From: an uncultured Gammaproteobacteria bacterium
Lineage (GTDB): Bacteria; Patescibacteriota; Microgenomatia; Levybacterales; UBA12049
Assembly: GCA_964416445.1 (NCBI GenBank)
Contig: CAYQEE010000002.1
Location: 42,691 to 106,690, forward strand
DNA: 64,000 nucleotides
Reading direction: 5' to 3'
Each line of letters starts with the position of its first letter. The stretch's first letter is position 1. A program made the translations under genes and the position numbers. Below the pieces are notes generated by a model. That model did not search any database and had not been told where the DNA came from. It was given only the letters and a program-made list of their open reading frames with translations. Shown here one piece after another: positions 11,013 to 20,707 of this stretch.

Positions 11013-12362
11013 TCATTTGTTATTAACTCCTTGAAGATATTCACTAATTGAATTCCAGAAATAATGTACTCCATGGGGGCTCAATTCTGAGAAATTATTC
11101 GTTTCGTCTTTCTTATGTACCATTTGAAGAAGTAGATGGCTCTTTAAAGCCCACAGAATGAATTGAGACGCTTTATTTGGATTATTCGGCAATATCAATG
11201 CTCTCCAATTCAAAGCATTTAAATAAAGCTCATCTGATTGTAAAACGTTTATCCCTTTGTCAGCTTTCTCCCATAATTTATGCAATTCACTACTCTGAGG
11301 AATTAATTTATGTCTCTGAAGAAATGCTAGATTGTCAAATTCTTGCCTCCCTACTGGCTCTGAGAAAAACATCAATGACCCTCCCCTCCTCCTAGGATTT
11401 ATCAATGCTTTAAAAGCTTGCTCGCTGGGCTTTGTTATTTCTAGTGAAATAATTTCATTTAAATATGCTTGCTCATACATATTCACAACTTCTCTATCAG
11501 CTACAGAAACATGTAAATCAACTGAAGTCCAAGGTAATATTGTTTGAAGAAAGGTTTGAGTATAAGGTGCAGATTTTGCAATAACATGAAATTTGAACCT
11601 ATTGCTTGCTTTCGTTAAAATACTGATAATTGATGAATAAAAACTCATTCCAACCGCAGCCCCAGAAATAGGAACAACAAAATGTATCAGACTATGACTT
11701 TCAGGATCTAATTGCTCTATTCTTTTTTTATGCTCATCGTGTGACAACAAACTAACAAAGAGCGGGCTAATTGGATACGGATTTACAATAAATTTAACAG
11801 GAGCTAATTTAGCTTGTTTTGCATATTGTTGTAATTTAGAAACAGTCTGATGACTAGGAGAGAAAATTATATCCGCATCCGGAACATACCATAATTTCTG
11901 AGGAGAATCATCAGTTATCTGAACAATTAATACGATTTTTATGTTTTTTTCTCTTTCTAATCTTTTTTTTATTGCACTTAATTGATGCGCAAGACCAAAG
12001 TGAGTTGCAACAACAATAATAGTTTCTGGTATGTCGATTCTTTGATCAAGGATAGTTGTTAACTGTTGATACAACAGCTCTCCATGAGATCTAAGATAGG
12101 TTTTATAAAAGTAAGTAAAGATGTTTTCGCCAATACCACTTTGAGACCACTCCATCAATGCACGAGTTGCTGGATGAATACTGACAAATCGATAAATATT
12201 GCTAATAGATTGATCCTGTGATCCAAGAAGTACCGGGGTAATAGCTTGCGGCAAACCATGATATAACGCGTCAGATACCCTTAAGTGGCCAAAACCAACA
12301 GGGGCATATGCAAAAATTAGTATAAATGGTTTTTTACCTAATACTGCTGCTAAATCCGACAT
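11013..12362 (-). CDS. GT-B glycosyltransferase, UgtP / MGDG-synthase (GT28)-like
   Basis: 449 aa. The N-terminus LIFAYAPVGFGHLRVSDAL resembles the UgtP/MurG-family G-x-G-H motif (B. subtilis UgtP LILTANYGNGHVQVAKTL). No TM segments. Confidence 0.45.
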   Translation of the reverse strand: MSDLAAVLGKKPFILIFAYAPVGFGHLRVSDALYHGLPQAITPVLLGSQDQSISNIYRFVSIHPATRALMEWSQSGIGENIFTYFYKTYLRSHGELLYQQLTTILDQRIDIPETIIVVATHFGLAHQLSAIKKRLEREKNIKIVLIVQITDDSPQKLWYVPDADIIFSPSHQTVSKLQQYAKQAKLAPVKFIVNPYPISPLFVSLLSHDEHKKRIEQLDPESHSLIHFVVPISGAAVGMSFYSSIISILTKASNRFKFHVIAKSAPYTQTFLQTILPWTSVDLHVSVADREVVNMYEQAYLNEIISLEITKPSEQAFKALINPRRRGGSLMFFSEPVGRQEFDNLAFLQRHKLIPQSSELHKLWEKADKGINVLQSDELYLNALNWRALILPNNPNKASQFILWALKSHLLLQMVHKKDETNNFSELSPHGVHYFWNSISEYLQGVNNK

Positions 12363-12459
12363 ATAGATAGTCTATCGAAGTTATGTTAATCAAGCAACAC
12401 GATTAACAAAAACAAGCACTCATATGAGTGCTTGTTCAAAAGAAATATTTCTTTTTCTA

Positions 12460-12771
12460 TTATGCAGCCCGTTTGTCTCTAAAACAGTCTCTACATAATA
12501 CTGGTCTATCACCTTTTGGCTGAAATGGGACGGTATCTTTTCGTCCACATTGAGCACAAGTGATTTCAAACATTTGTTTTTGACCACCACCAAATCCACC
12601 ACTTCGTCCTCCACTATCACCCATTCTCTGTTTTTTAAGAGATCGACAATTAGGACATCGAACTGGAGCATTTTGAAAACCCTTTTTCTGATAGAAATCT
12701 TGTTCTGAAGCAGTCCAAACAAATTGCTTTCCGCAATCGCGGCATGTTAAATTTTTATCTTGAAATTGCAT
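12460..12771 (-). CDS. Small zinc-ribbon protein (two CxxC…CxxC pairs, Gly-rich linker)
   Basis: 103 aa: CRDCGKQF…CPNCR and CAQCGRK…CRDC. Strong Shine-Dalgarno site (AGGAGG) upstream on the minus strand. Confidence 0.6.
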   Translation of the reverse strand: MQFQDKNLTCRDCGKQFVWTASEQDFYQKKGFQNAPVRCPNCRSLKKQRMGDSGGRSGGFGGGQKQMFEITCAQCGRKDTVPFQPKGDRPVLCRDCFRDKRAA

Positions 12772-12905
12772 TACTAGTCACCTCCTCTTGAATCTTATTT
12801 TCCAATTGTATACCTTTGCTGGCTTTCCAGAGAAGGTGAACCTTGGACAATTCGTTTGGATAAGTATAGGGTAAAAGGCCTAAAATAGCAAATGCGACTT
12901 TTGAG

Positions 12906-12976
12906 TGGACCCGAGGGGAATCGAACCCCTTACTCTTCCATGCCATGGAAGCATGTTACCGGTATACCACGGGCCC
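12906..12976 (-). tRNA. tRNA-Ala (anticodon GGC)
   Basis: Minus-strand sequence GGGCCCGTGGTATACCGGTAACATGCTTCCATGGCATGGAAGAGTAAGGGGTTCGATTCCCCTCGGGTCCA folds as a cloverleaf. Anticodon loop AUGGCAU gives GGC. Acceptor G3:U70 is the Ala identity pair. The T-loop is GGTTCGATTCC. CCA is not encoded. Confidence 0.85.
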
Positions 12977-12993
12977 AGAAATAACTAATTCAG

Positions 12994-13066
12994 TGGACCT
13001 GAGCGGATTCGAACCGCTGATCTCCACAATGCGAATGTGGCGCATTACCAACTGTGCTACAGGCCC
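12994..13066 (-). tRNA. tRNA-Ala (anticodon CGC)
   Basis: Minus-strand sequence GGGCCTGTAGCACAGTTGGTAATGCGCCACATTCGCATTGTGGAGATCAGCGGTTCGAATCCGCTCAGGTCCA. Anticodon loop UUCGCAU gives CGC. G3:U70 is present. Confidence 0.85.
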
Positions 13067-13104
13067 ACATATGATTCAAATCTTATACTCTATTATACAC
13101 ACTT

Positions 13105-14247
13105 CTACTGAACGTATGGAAGTGGATTTACAGTAACATTGTTTTTCCTAATTTCAAAATGAACATGTGGACCAGTAGTATGACCGGTTACACCAATATA
13201 CCCTACAATAGTTTTTCCTCCAATTACATCTTGTCCAACACTTACTGCTACGGCAGACATGTGAGCATATAAACTAGTAATGCCATCTCCATGATCAACA
13301 ACAACATTCGTACCATACCCATAATTCCATCCACCAACCTCTACTCGCAAGACTTTTCCATTTTTTGTTGCTACTATTGGTGACCCAATTGGCGCAGCAA
13401 TATCCAATGCCATATGATACCAAACAGGATATTGAGTAACCAACCCATTTGAAGGCCAGTAATACCCTCCGGACGAAACAACGGAACCAGGTTGAATTTG
13501 AGAAACATAGGACTGTTGTTCAGTTGGGGTAGCATGTTCTGATGGTATTACACCATCAGGAACAATTAAAATTTCACCAGCAACTAGAGAAAAAGTTTCA
13601 GGATTTGCAAATTCATTAAATGGCCAGTTAACAATTTTTTCAGCATCTACACCAAAATGTTTCGCAATAGTATAAATTGTATCACCTTTCTGTACTTTAT
13701 ACGCTATTCCAGTGACTGGCAAGATGCGTAACATATCTCCAACGCTTAAATCATCGTTGCTTAAATTGTTTTCCCAACGAATCGTATCTTGAGAAATACC
13801 AAATTTATCAGCTATTGTTGAAATTGTATCTCCTCTTTCAACGGTATAATCAATAATTTGATCACGCGGTTTTTGAGAAATATTCGTTTGAAAAATATTA
13901 TTATCAGCAATTATTGATTGCGTGGAAGATGAAGGCGATGGCAATTGATTGACTGCAGATGCCTTTCCAGACAAGATAGGATAGGTATCTGCAATGAAGG
14001 GACCAACTAACACCCCAATGATTATGATACCCATCGTGGCTATATGAAGAAAGGGTCTATTATAACGACCTCTCTTCATAAGAAGGAATTTAACAAGAAT
14101 ATTTTTATTTTTTTCAAACCATAAGAATGTTTTAGTTAGCTTTTTCTTAATATAAAAAAGAAAATATTCCCCAAATAATTTTGCGTCATGCAATCTATTA
14201 GGAAAAAATCGTGATATAACTTTAAAACCTTCGAGAATATGAAACAT
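13105..14247 (-). CDS. LysM-domain (x2) M23 family peptidoglycan endopeptidase
   Basis: 380 aa. N-terminal TM/signal. Two LysM motifs (DTISTIADKFGISQDTI; GDTIYTIAKHFGVDAEKI). C-terminal M23 signature (…VDHGDGITSLYAHMS…GVTGHTTGPHVHFEIR). Confidence 0.8.
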   Translation of the reverse strand: MFHILEGFKVISRFFPNRLHDAKLFGEYFLFYIKKKLTKTFLWFEKNKNILVKFLLMKRGRYNRPFLHIATMGIIIIGVLVGPFIADTYPILSGKASAVNQLPSPSSSTQSIIADNNIFQTNISQKPRDQIIDYTVERGDTISTIADKFGISQDTIRWENNLSNDDLSVGDMLRILPVTGIAYKVQKGDTIYTIAKHFGVDAEKIVNWPFNEFANPETFSLVAGEILIVPDGVIPSEHATPTEQQSYVSQIQPGSVVSSGGYYWPSNGLVTQYPVWYHMALDIAAPIGSPIVATKNGKVLRVEVGGWNYGYGTNVVVDHGDGITSLYAHMSAVAVSVGQDVIGGKTIVGYIGVTGHTTGPHVHFEIRKNNVTVNPLPYVQ

Positions 14248-14299
14248 GTGGGTGAAAAAGATGGTAACAAACTTATTAATTTATGTCAAATTAGTAAGC

Positions 14300-15634
14300 T
14301 TATTTACCAAGATTAGTCAAAAATTCTTCGTTAGTCTGTGTTCTTTCAAGTTGTTGTATCATGATATCAGTTCGTTCTTCCTCACTGAGCATTTCAATCA
14401 TCCTTCGAAACGTATTTATCTTTTTCATATACTCTGGACCAAATAACAAATGTTCTTGTCTTGTTCCTGATCGAGAGATATTGATTGAAGGAAAAATTCT
14501 TCTTTCTGCAAGTTTTCTGTCAAGATGTAATTCCATGTTACCTGTTCCTTTAAATTCTTCATAAATTAAATCATCCATACGCGAACCTGTATCTACCAAA
14601 GCGGTACCAATAATTGTTAATGAACCACCTTCTTGACAGTTACGAGCTGCACCAAAGAATCGTTTTGCTGGCCACAAAGCGGCAGGATCAAATCCTCCTG
14701 AAAGCGTTCTCCCGCTAGGAGCAACAGATAGATTATATGCTCGTGCAAGACGAGTGATTGAATCCAAAAGGATAATTACATCTTTACCTTGTTCAACCAA
14801 CCGCTTAGCTCTCTCTAAAGTAATTTCTGCTACTCTCGTTTGATTTTCAGGAGCTTCGTCAAAATGTGAAGCTACCACATCTCCCTTAACTGACATACTG
14901 ATATCGGTAACTTCTTCCGGCCTTTCGCCTATTAAAGCGGCCATAAGAACTGCTTGAGGAAAGTTTGCCGTAATTCCTGCAGCTATTTCTTTAATAATGG
15001 TTGTTTTTCCAGCTTTTGGTGGAGAAACAATCATACCTCTTTGTCCAAAACCTATGGGAGAGATTAAATCAATCATTCTGGTAGAAAGTGGATTTTTACC
15101 TGTCGTAAGTACAACTTGTTTTTTAGGATAGATTGGAGTTAAATCATCAAAATAAGGCCGTTTTATTGCGCTATCTGCTACAGTATCATTAACCTTCTCA
15201 ACCTTAAGAAGTCCAAAATAACGTTCATTATCCTTCGGAGGCCTTGCCAAACCTGCTACCAAATCACCTGGACGCAAGAGAAACCGTCTTATTTGTGATT
15301 GAGAAATATAAATATCCCTACTTGAAGGAATGTATTTAGGTCTTAAGAATCCATGACCTTCAGGTTGCAAATCTAAAATCCCTGCAACACTTTCTGTAGG
15401 ACCTTGATTAGCAAAATTAAAAGATTGGGATGTATGACTATGTTGATAAGGACGTTGTTCTGGTGCATTTGTTGTACTTGAAGCAACTTTTGGTGTAACA
15501 AATGCTGTTTGAGTAGGCTCTGATACCGACTCTTTAACTATTGGTTGTACTGTCTCTACAACAGGGGTCACACCACTCGGTGCTTGACCTACTAAATCGT
15601 CAGCCGTGTTTTTTTGAACTTTTTTATAAGGCAT
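14300..15634 (-). CDS. rho: Transcription termination factor Rho (with ~140-aa low-complexity N-terminal extension)
   Basis: RNA-binding OB region (RRFLLRPGDLVAGLARPPKDNERYFGLLKVEKVN). Walker A (GFGQRGMIVSPPKAGKTT). Rho C-terminal region. Confidence 0.9.
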   Translation of the reverse strand: MPYKKVQKNTADDLVGQAPSGVTPVVETVQPIVKESVSEPTQTAFVTPKVASSTTNAPEQRPYQHSHTSQSFNFANQGPTESVAGILDLQPEGHGFLRPKYIPSSRDIYISQSQIRRFLLRPGDLVAGLARPPKDNERYFGLLKVEKVNDTVADSAIKRPYFDDLTPIYPKKQVVLTTGKNPLSTRMIDLISPIGFGQRGMIVSPPKAGKTTIIKEIAAGITANFPQAVLMAALIGERPEEVTDISMSVKGDVVASHFDEAPENQTRVAEITLERAKRLVEQGKDVIILLDSITRLARAYNLSVAPSGRTLSGGFDPAALWPAKRFFGAARNCQEGGSLTIIGTALVDTGSRMDDLIYEEFKGTGNMELHLDRKLAERRIFPSINISRSGTRQEHLLFGPEYMKKINTFRRMIEMLSEEERTDIMIQQLERTQTNEEFLTNLGK

Positions 15635-15774
15635 AAAGGAAATTAACTTTAATATTTCATCAATGGGATATACACTATTGTTGAATGCTATGAAGATACT
15701 CTAGCTTAATTGTACATATTACATCATATCTCATCATTATTGTCAATAAGCAAAGTGTAATTAGACAATCATGC

Positions 15775-16488
15775 TTGCAAAAATCACTACAGGATGATAA
15801 AATTGCGTCAATGAAAAAACTGTACATTTTAACTCTCTTAGCTGGATTCCTAACGCTTGCTTGTTCCCCCATTTATGCAGATGGCAGTATGGGAAATGTG
15901 ACGATTAGTAAGACCGTATTGAATCCACAAACAAAAACGTATGTAAAAAACCTTGGCATAGGAGATGCTATTTATCATCCAGGCGACACAGTAATTTTTC
16001 ATATTACACTTACAAATACAGGCTCACAAAATGTTCAACAATTAGTTGTTAAAGATATTTTTCCTCAATATTTGAATTTTGTATCCGGTGTTGGTAGTTA
16101 CGACCAAAAGAACAAAATTCTTTCATTTATTATCTATAATTTAAAGCCAAATACGACGCAATCATATGCAGTATCAACACAAGTAGTTCCTGCTAGTCAA
16201 TTTCCTACTAATCAACAACAATTATGTCTTATGAATAAAGCTACGGTTTTATTTGGACAGAATCAATTAACACAAGATTTATCCCAATTTTGTATTCAAT
16301 CGCTAAATCCAACGACACAATCAAGTCAGCCTGCCACAAGCAGTAATCAACCTGTTTATCCCCCAACGAAAACAAAAACTTCACCTTCTACCGGACCTTC
16401 TTCATTTATTATTCTTAGCTTATTATTTCTCGCATCAGTTGGTTTTATTTTAATAAAGAAAACTCACAATTTCATATCTATCTCCTAA
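15775..16488 (+). CDS. Cell-surface lipoprotein with C-terminal sorting-signal-like anchor
   Basis: 237 aa. Lipobox LTLAC. Beta-rich repeat-like body. C-terminus …TSPSTGPSSFIILSLLFLASVGFILIKK (motif + hydrophobic + basic). Confidence 0.5.
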   Translation: MQKSLQDDKIASMKKLYILTLLAGFLTLACSPIYADGSMGNVTISKTVLNPQTKTYVKNLGIGDAIYHPGDTVIFHITLTNTGSQNVQQLVVKDIFPQYLNFVSGVGSYDQKNKILSFIIYNLKPNTTQSYAVSTQVVPASQFPTNQQQLCLMNKATVLFGQNQLTQDLSQFCIQSLNPTTQSSQPATSSNQPVYPPTKTKTSPSTGPSSFIILSLLFLASVGFILIKKTHNFISIS

Positions 16489-16669
16489 TAAAGTTAACTA
16501 TATAGAAAATAATTGATATTTTCACTTCATAAGATTAGCTATCAATTTGCAAATCGTAAGTATGAGTTAATATAAAAATTTGACAAATATAGCATTCCTT
16601 GTTAAACTATTCAACAATTCAAATCTTCTGCCTCTGCCCCTCGAAATCCTGCCTAATACATAATTCAAT

Positions 16670-17446
16670 ATGAATCAGTTTTCCGACAAGTTATCTCCTT
16701 TACTATCAGTTATTCTACCTATAAGAAACGCCGAATCGTATCTTTCTGATTGCTTAGATAGCCTTATTAACCAAAATTATTCTCGTATAGAAATCATAGC
16801 TATAGATGATTATTCAACTGACAAATCATGGAAAATCCTTAGAAAGTATAGAAAACTTGATAATCGGCTTAAAATATTTAGGAATGTTAAAAAATATGGA
16901 TTAGCAATAACCCTAAATAGGTGTTTAAAACGCGCAAAGGGAAAGTTTATCGTTTTTATGGATGCAAGAGATTCCATAACAAAAAACAAATTTCAAAAAC
17001 AATTACTGTACTTAATGGAAAATCAGAAAGTTGTGGCTGTGGGAACACAATGTATCTATTTAAGCGATAAAAACAAAAGAATAGGTAAAAGTTCATTCCC
17101 TAGTTTACACGAAGATATTTCAGAAAAACCTTTACATGGCATTTCAGTTCTCTTTGAAGGAATTATGATAAATAAATATCGAATTCCGAAAGACTTATTA
17201 TATTTTCCAACCTATAAGCACTTATTTCTATATACAGATATGGCTATGAAATTACTACAATACGGAAAATTAGCAAATCTATCTGAATATTTACATTTTC
17301 ATCGAAAACACGATTATGCTTTTCAATCAGGAACAAAACATGTCTTCTCGTTATTTAAATTATGGGTAACTTCAAGAACTCAATATGAAATTTCTCCTTC
17401 TTTAAGAGGAATCTTTTCTGGAATTCTAAAACCATCAACTTCATAA
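16670..17446 (+). CDS. Family 2 glycosyltransferase
   Basis: 258 aa. LSVILPIRNAESYLSDCLDSLINQNYSRIEIIAIDDYSTD is a typical GT2 N-terminal DxD-region signature. Confidence 0.75.
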   Translation: MNQFSDKLSPLLSVILPIRNAESYLSDCLDSLINQNYSRIEIIAIDDYSTDKSWKILRKYRKLDNRLKIFRNVKKYGLAITLNRCLKRAKGKFIVFMDARDSITKNKFQKQLLYLMENQKVVAVGTQCIYLSDKNKRIGKSSFPSLHEDISEKPLHGISVLFEGIMINKYRIPKDLLYFPTYKHLFLYTDMAMKLLQYGKLANLSEYLHFHRKHDYAFQSGTKHVFSLFKLWVTSRTQYEISPSLRGIFSGILKPSTS

Positions 17447-19893
17447 GTATCCCCAAGATATCCTCACTCATTAAAAAAAGTTATCCACATTTTTTAACAT
17501 GTAATATTTAGATTGATATGACGGCGTTTTTAAAGGATAATATAATATAGGCCTATGGTATTTTGGTGGATATTTTTCTATAGGTTGACAAAACAAGGGT
17601 CCTATGTTAGCATTTAATTCAATATGAGAATTTTTAAAGTAATTTATCATCGATTATTTGACCAGAAACAAGTTATTAACAAAGAAATCAAAGATGACCA
17701 AAATGAGTTGTTACGAATTGGAAGAGAACAATTTAAAAAGTTAACTAAGCTTGGTAAAGTACCAGTAGTTTTTTTGTAGAAATTGTAATACAAAAAAAGA
17801 GCATCGCTTTCGTTACTCAAATAGATAAAGACTCGGTACGAAAAGCAATGCTCTTGTGATTTTGCAATTAGTCCTTAAAGGCAGGATAAAAACTAAGTGC
17901 AACTATAATTAATACAGGAAACGAAAATATTTGTCAAGAAAAATTGACGAAGCTAAAAATAATAGATTTTACTGTTAATACAATATTTTTTTAGTCTTTA
18001 ATGAAGTAAGAAAGTTGGGCAGGCTTTCTTACTTCGTTAAAGCTTAAAATTAATATCTTGTACTCAATATTAAATTTTTACCTTTAATCTACGATTAAAT
18101 CCTTTCACATTCTGAATTGTAAATTTATTTCCTTTTCGTAAGAGATCTTTATTCAAAATAATAATAGAAACTAACACACCGTTCATTTTTCCATAAAAAT
18201 TTCTATTATCTATTTATATCAAAGAATACTAATCTATATCATTTAGCAGAATTTATAATGAATAAAAAATCGAGTATCATACGAGATAATAAGAGGCTTT
18301 GTTAAATCACTTAGTTAAATAAAAAGAGACTATAAAAAACAACCTACTCTTCAGTAAAAAATATCCACTCTCTACAATGACGTAAGATTAATTAAAAATA
18401 TTAAACCTTATCCATTCATCTAAATTAACTAAAGACTCTCCTTACGTGATTCTAGAGGCGCATAGAGATAAATCTTCTCATGAAATTATCAAATTTTAAT
18501 AATGAGTTACCTAATTGTATTAGCAATATTTTAGTCACCAAAATATTTAAAAATGAAGATCTATAATCCTATAGCCTTTTTTATAACATAAAACATTCTA
18601 CTAGCTGGTATATATCAATATATTAAGTAAAGATCTTTATGGTGATTTAATGTATCAATATTTAGATAAATAAACTTTACTATTTAAATAAAGCCAAAAA
18701 AACAAGTAGTCTTGTATAAATACCGGGCGATAAAACGAGTTTCATTTGTTTAATTAGTTATCTTTCTTATATACTTATATTTCTCACTATATTAGACTGA
18801 AAGCCATATAATAAACAAATTAGCAAAATAATGTTAAGGAGCTTAACTTTTATCTTCTACCCCACAGAAGTGATATCATTAATATTCAAAACTAATCCTT
18901 TTAAAAATCCTTGATTAAATTCCAAAGTTTAACATTAAAGAGAAATGTTATTTTGTCAAAGCATTCATAACTCAGTTGATATATTCCTTCAAACATACCA
19001 CCAATAAATAAACTATTATTTTTAGTAAATCATGACCAAAAGATATGCTTCACAATATTATCGATACGCAAAAGGCTTATATATCGATAGCAAAAATATT
19101 AATTTAATTACTTAAAAACTCAGGATAATGAGAGATTTAGCATAAATAATAGCATAATAATTGGACACAATTTGTTTTCTAAAAGAGGCTTTCGGACTAC
19201 TTGCCGCAACGCTTAGAAAACCTATAATAATTTTTGGCTTTGCGTGTGAAAATAATAAACAATAAAAAGACGATAAATTCTCCAATATGTATCATTTTTG
19301 TCTAAAACTATCAACCGAAGGGACGCATAGTTTTTTTGTTTAAAAAACTATCCCCTTTTTGGTGAAAACAAAAGCAACTAAACAAAACACAAGAGTTATA
19401 AATAGAAAACAGCACCTCAGCTAAAAACTGTATGACTTCAGAAAATATAGCAATAAAACACATGAATTGATAGCACCTGCCGTCTATCCAAATAGGTTAA
19501 TAACACAATATAAAGACTATGTACAAATTAATGCTTTATTACATTAGTTTTATACGATTCTTATAATTAATATTTTTCATGGTCACCTTTCATTCTTTTA
19601 AAATAGGTTTTCCCCATCCAAAATAAGCACTCAACAATACACTTTGCTATACTTTTTGCTTCAAAGCACTTTTTACTTTAAGCATAGTTTTAAACCCAAA
19701 AATATATCCTTATTAATGTAAATGAGACAAGTTTAATATCTAAACTAGGCAATGAGCAGATTACAAATATACTTACAATAAATCTTAAGGTAAGCAGTTA
19801 ATATAAACAATCAAAGAAACAAGTATATTTTGGGTTCAGTTGAAGTTAAGTACTCCATAAAAGTTCAATGACAAATAAAGAATCAAACTATTT

Positions 19894-20697
19894 TTATAAC
19901 GTGCTCTTTTTTGCAAATAATATTTTTCCTGAGGATGTTTGAATTACTCGAGAGACAATAACGTCAAGTGTATTTCCTAACTCATTGCTTCCTTTCTCGA
20001 CTACAATCATCGTACCATCTTCTAAATACCCTACCCCTTGAGAAGAATCTTTACCAGTATGCAATACTTTTACTTGAACATTTTCTCCAGGAATTGCAGC
20101 AACTTTTAAACTTTGTGCTAAAGCATGCATATTTATAGCTACAACGCCATGAACACTTGCTTTCTTTTCCAGATTATAGTCGCAGGTTATTATTTTCCCT
20201 TTATAAGCTTTTGCAGTTTTAATGAGAAGCTCATCTACTTCTTTATATTTATCTTTAATACTTTTATCTGTTGATACTACTACAATTTTTACACCTTTAC
20301 TTCGCTTTATCTTTTCTAATCTCTCTAACCCCTTTCTGCCCCTTTCTTTTTTTAAAGGATCTTTAGAGTCAGCTATATGCTTTAATTCAAGCAATATATC
20401 TTCAGTAATAACAACAACTCCACTAACAATCCCAATAACAATTACATCAAAAATTCTTGCATCAATTATAGCTGATGTATCTAAAAAGAATCCGCCTTGG
20501 GCCTGTTTGGATTTCTTAATTGGTTTTTTCTTTACTCTATTACTAAATTTGGGCATTCGCTTAATAACTAGCTTTGCAATTTCGTCGGCGAATGACCCCA
20601 TAATACTGGGATGAAAGGTTGACGGTCTTTCTGCTGAATCAACTAACGTTTTTTCTTCTTTTGAGTCTATTTTATTTACTTTCACGTCCTTGTCCAT
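19894..20697 (-). CDS. yacL: PIN + TRAM domain protein (YacL-like)
   Basis: 267 aa. PIN core (FFLDTSAIIDARI…) and C-terminal TRAM-like beta domain (…VQVKVLHTGKDSSQGVGYLEDGTMIVVEKG…). Lies immediately upstream of radA, as in Firmicutes. Confidence 0.6.
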   Translation of the reverse strand: MDKDVKVNKIDSKEEKTLVDSAERPSTFHPSIMGSFADEIAKLVIKRMPKFSNRVKKKPIKKSKQAQGGFFLDTSAIIDARIFDVIVIGIVSGVVVITEDILLELKHIADSKDPLKKERGRKGLERLEKIKRSKGVKIVVVSTDKSIKDKYKEVDELLIKTAKAYKGKIITCDYNLEKKASVHGVVAINMHALAQSLKVAAIPGENVQVKVLHTGKDSSQGVGYLEDGTMIVVEKGSNELGNTLDVIVSRVIQTSSGKILFAKKSTL

Positions 20698-20707
20698 ATA
20701 TTAACAT

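Noticed and set aside
12420-12722. 100-aa minus-strand ORF overlapping the zinc-ribbon gene
   Set aside because: It is in an alternative frame of 12460..12771. The latter has clear CxxC pairs and a strong SD. The overlapping frame has no features.
12755-13136. ORFs 12755..12946 (-) and 12945..13136 (+)
   Set aside because: They overlap the two tRNA-Ala genes, so they are spurious.
17625-17780. 51-codon sORF (MRIFKVIYHRLFDQKQ…) behind a promoter-like element in the ORF-free region
   Set aside because: It is too short and featureless to call as a gene without conservation or expression evidence. It is mentioned only inside the finding.
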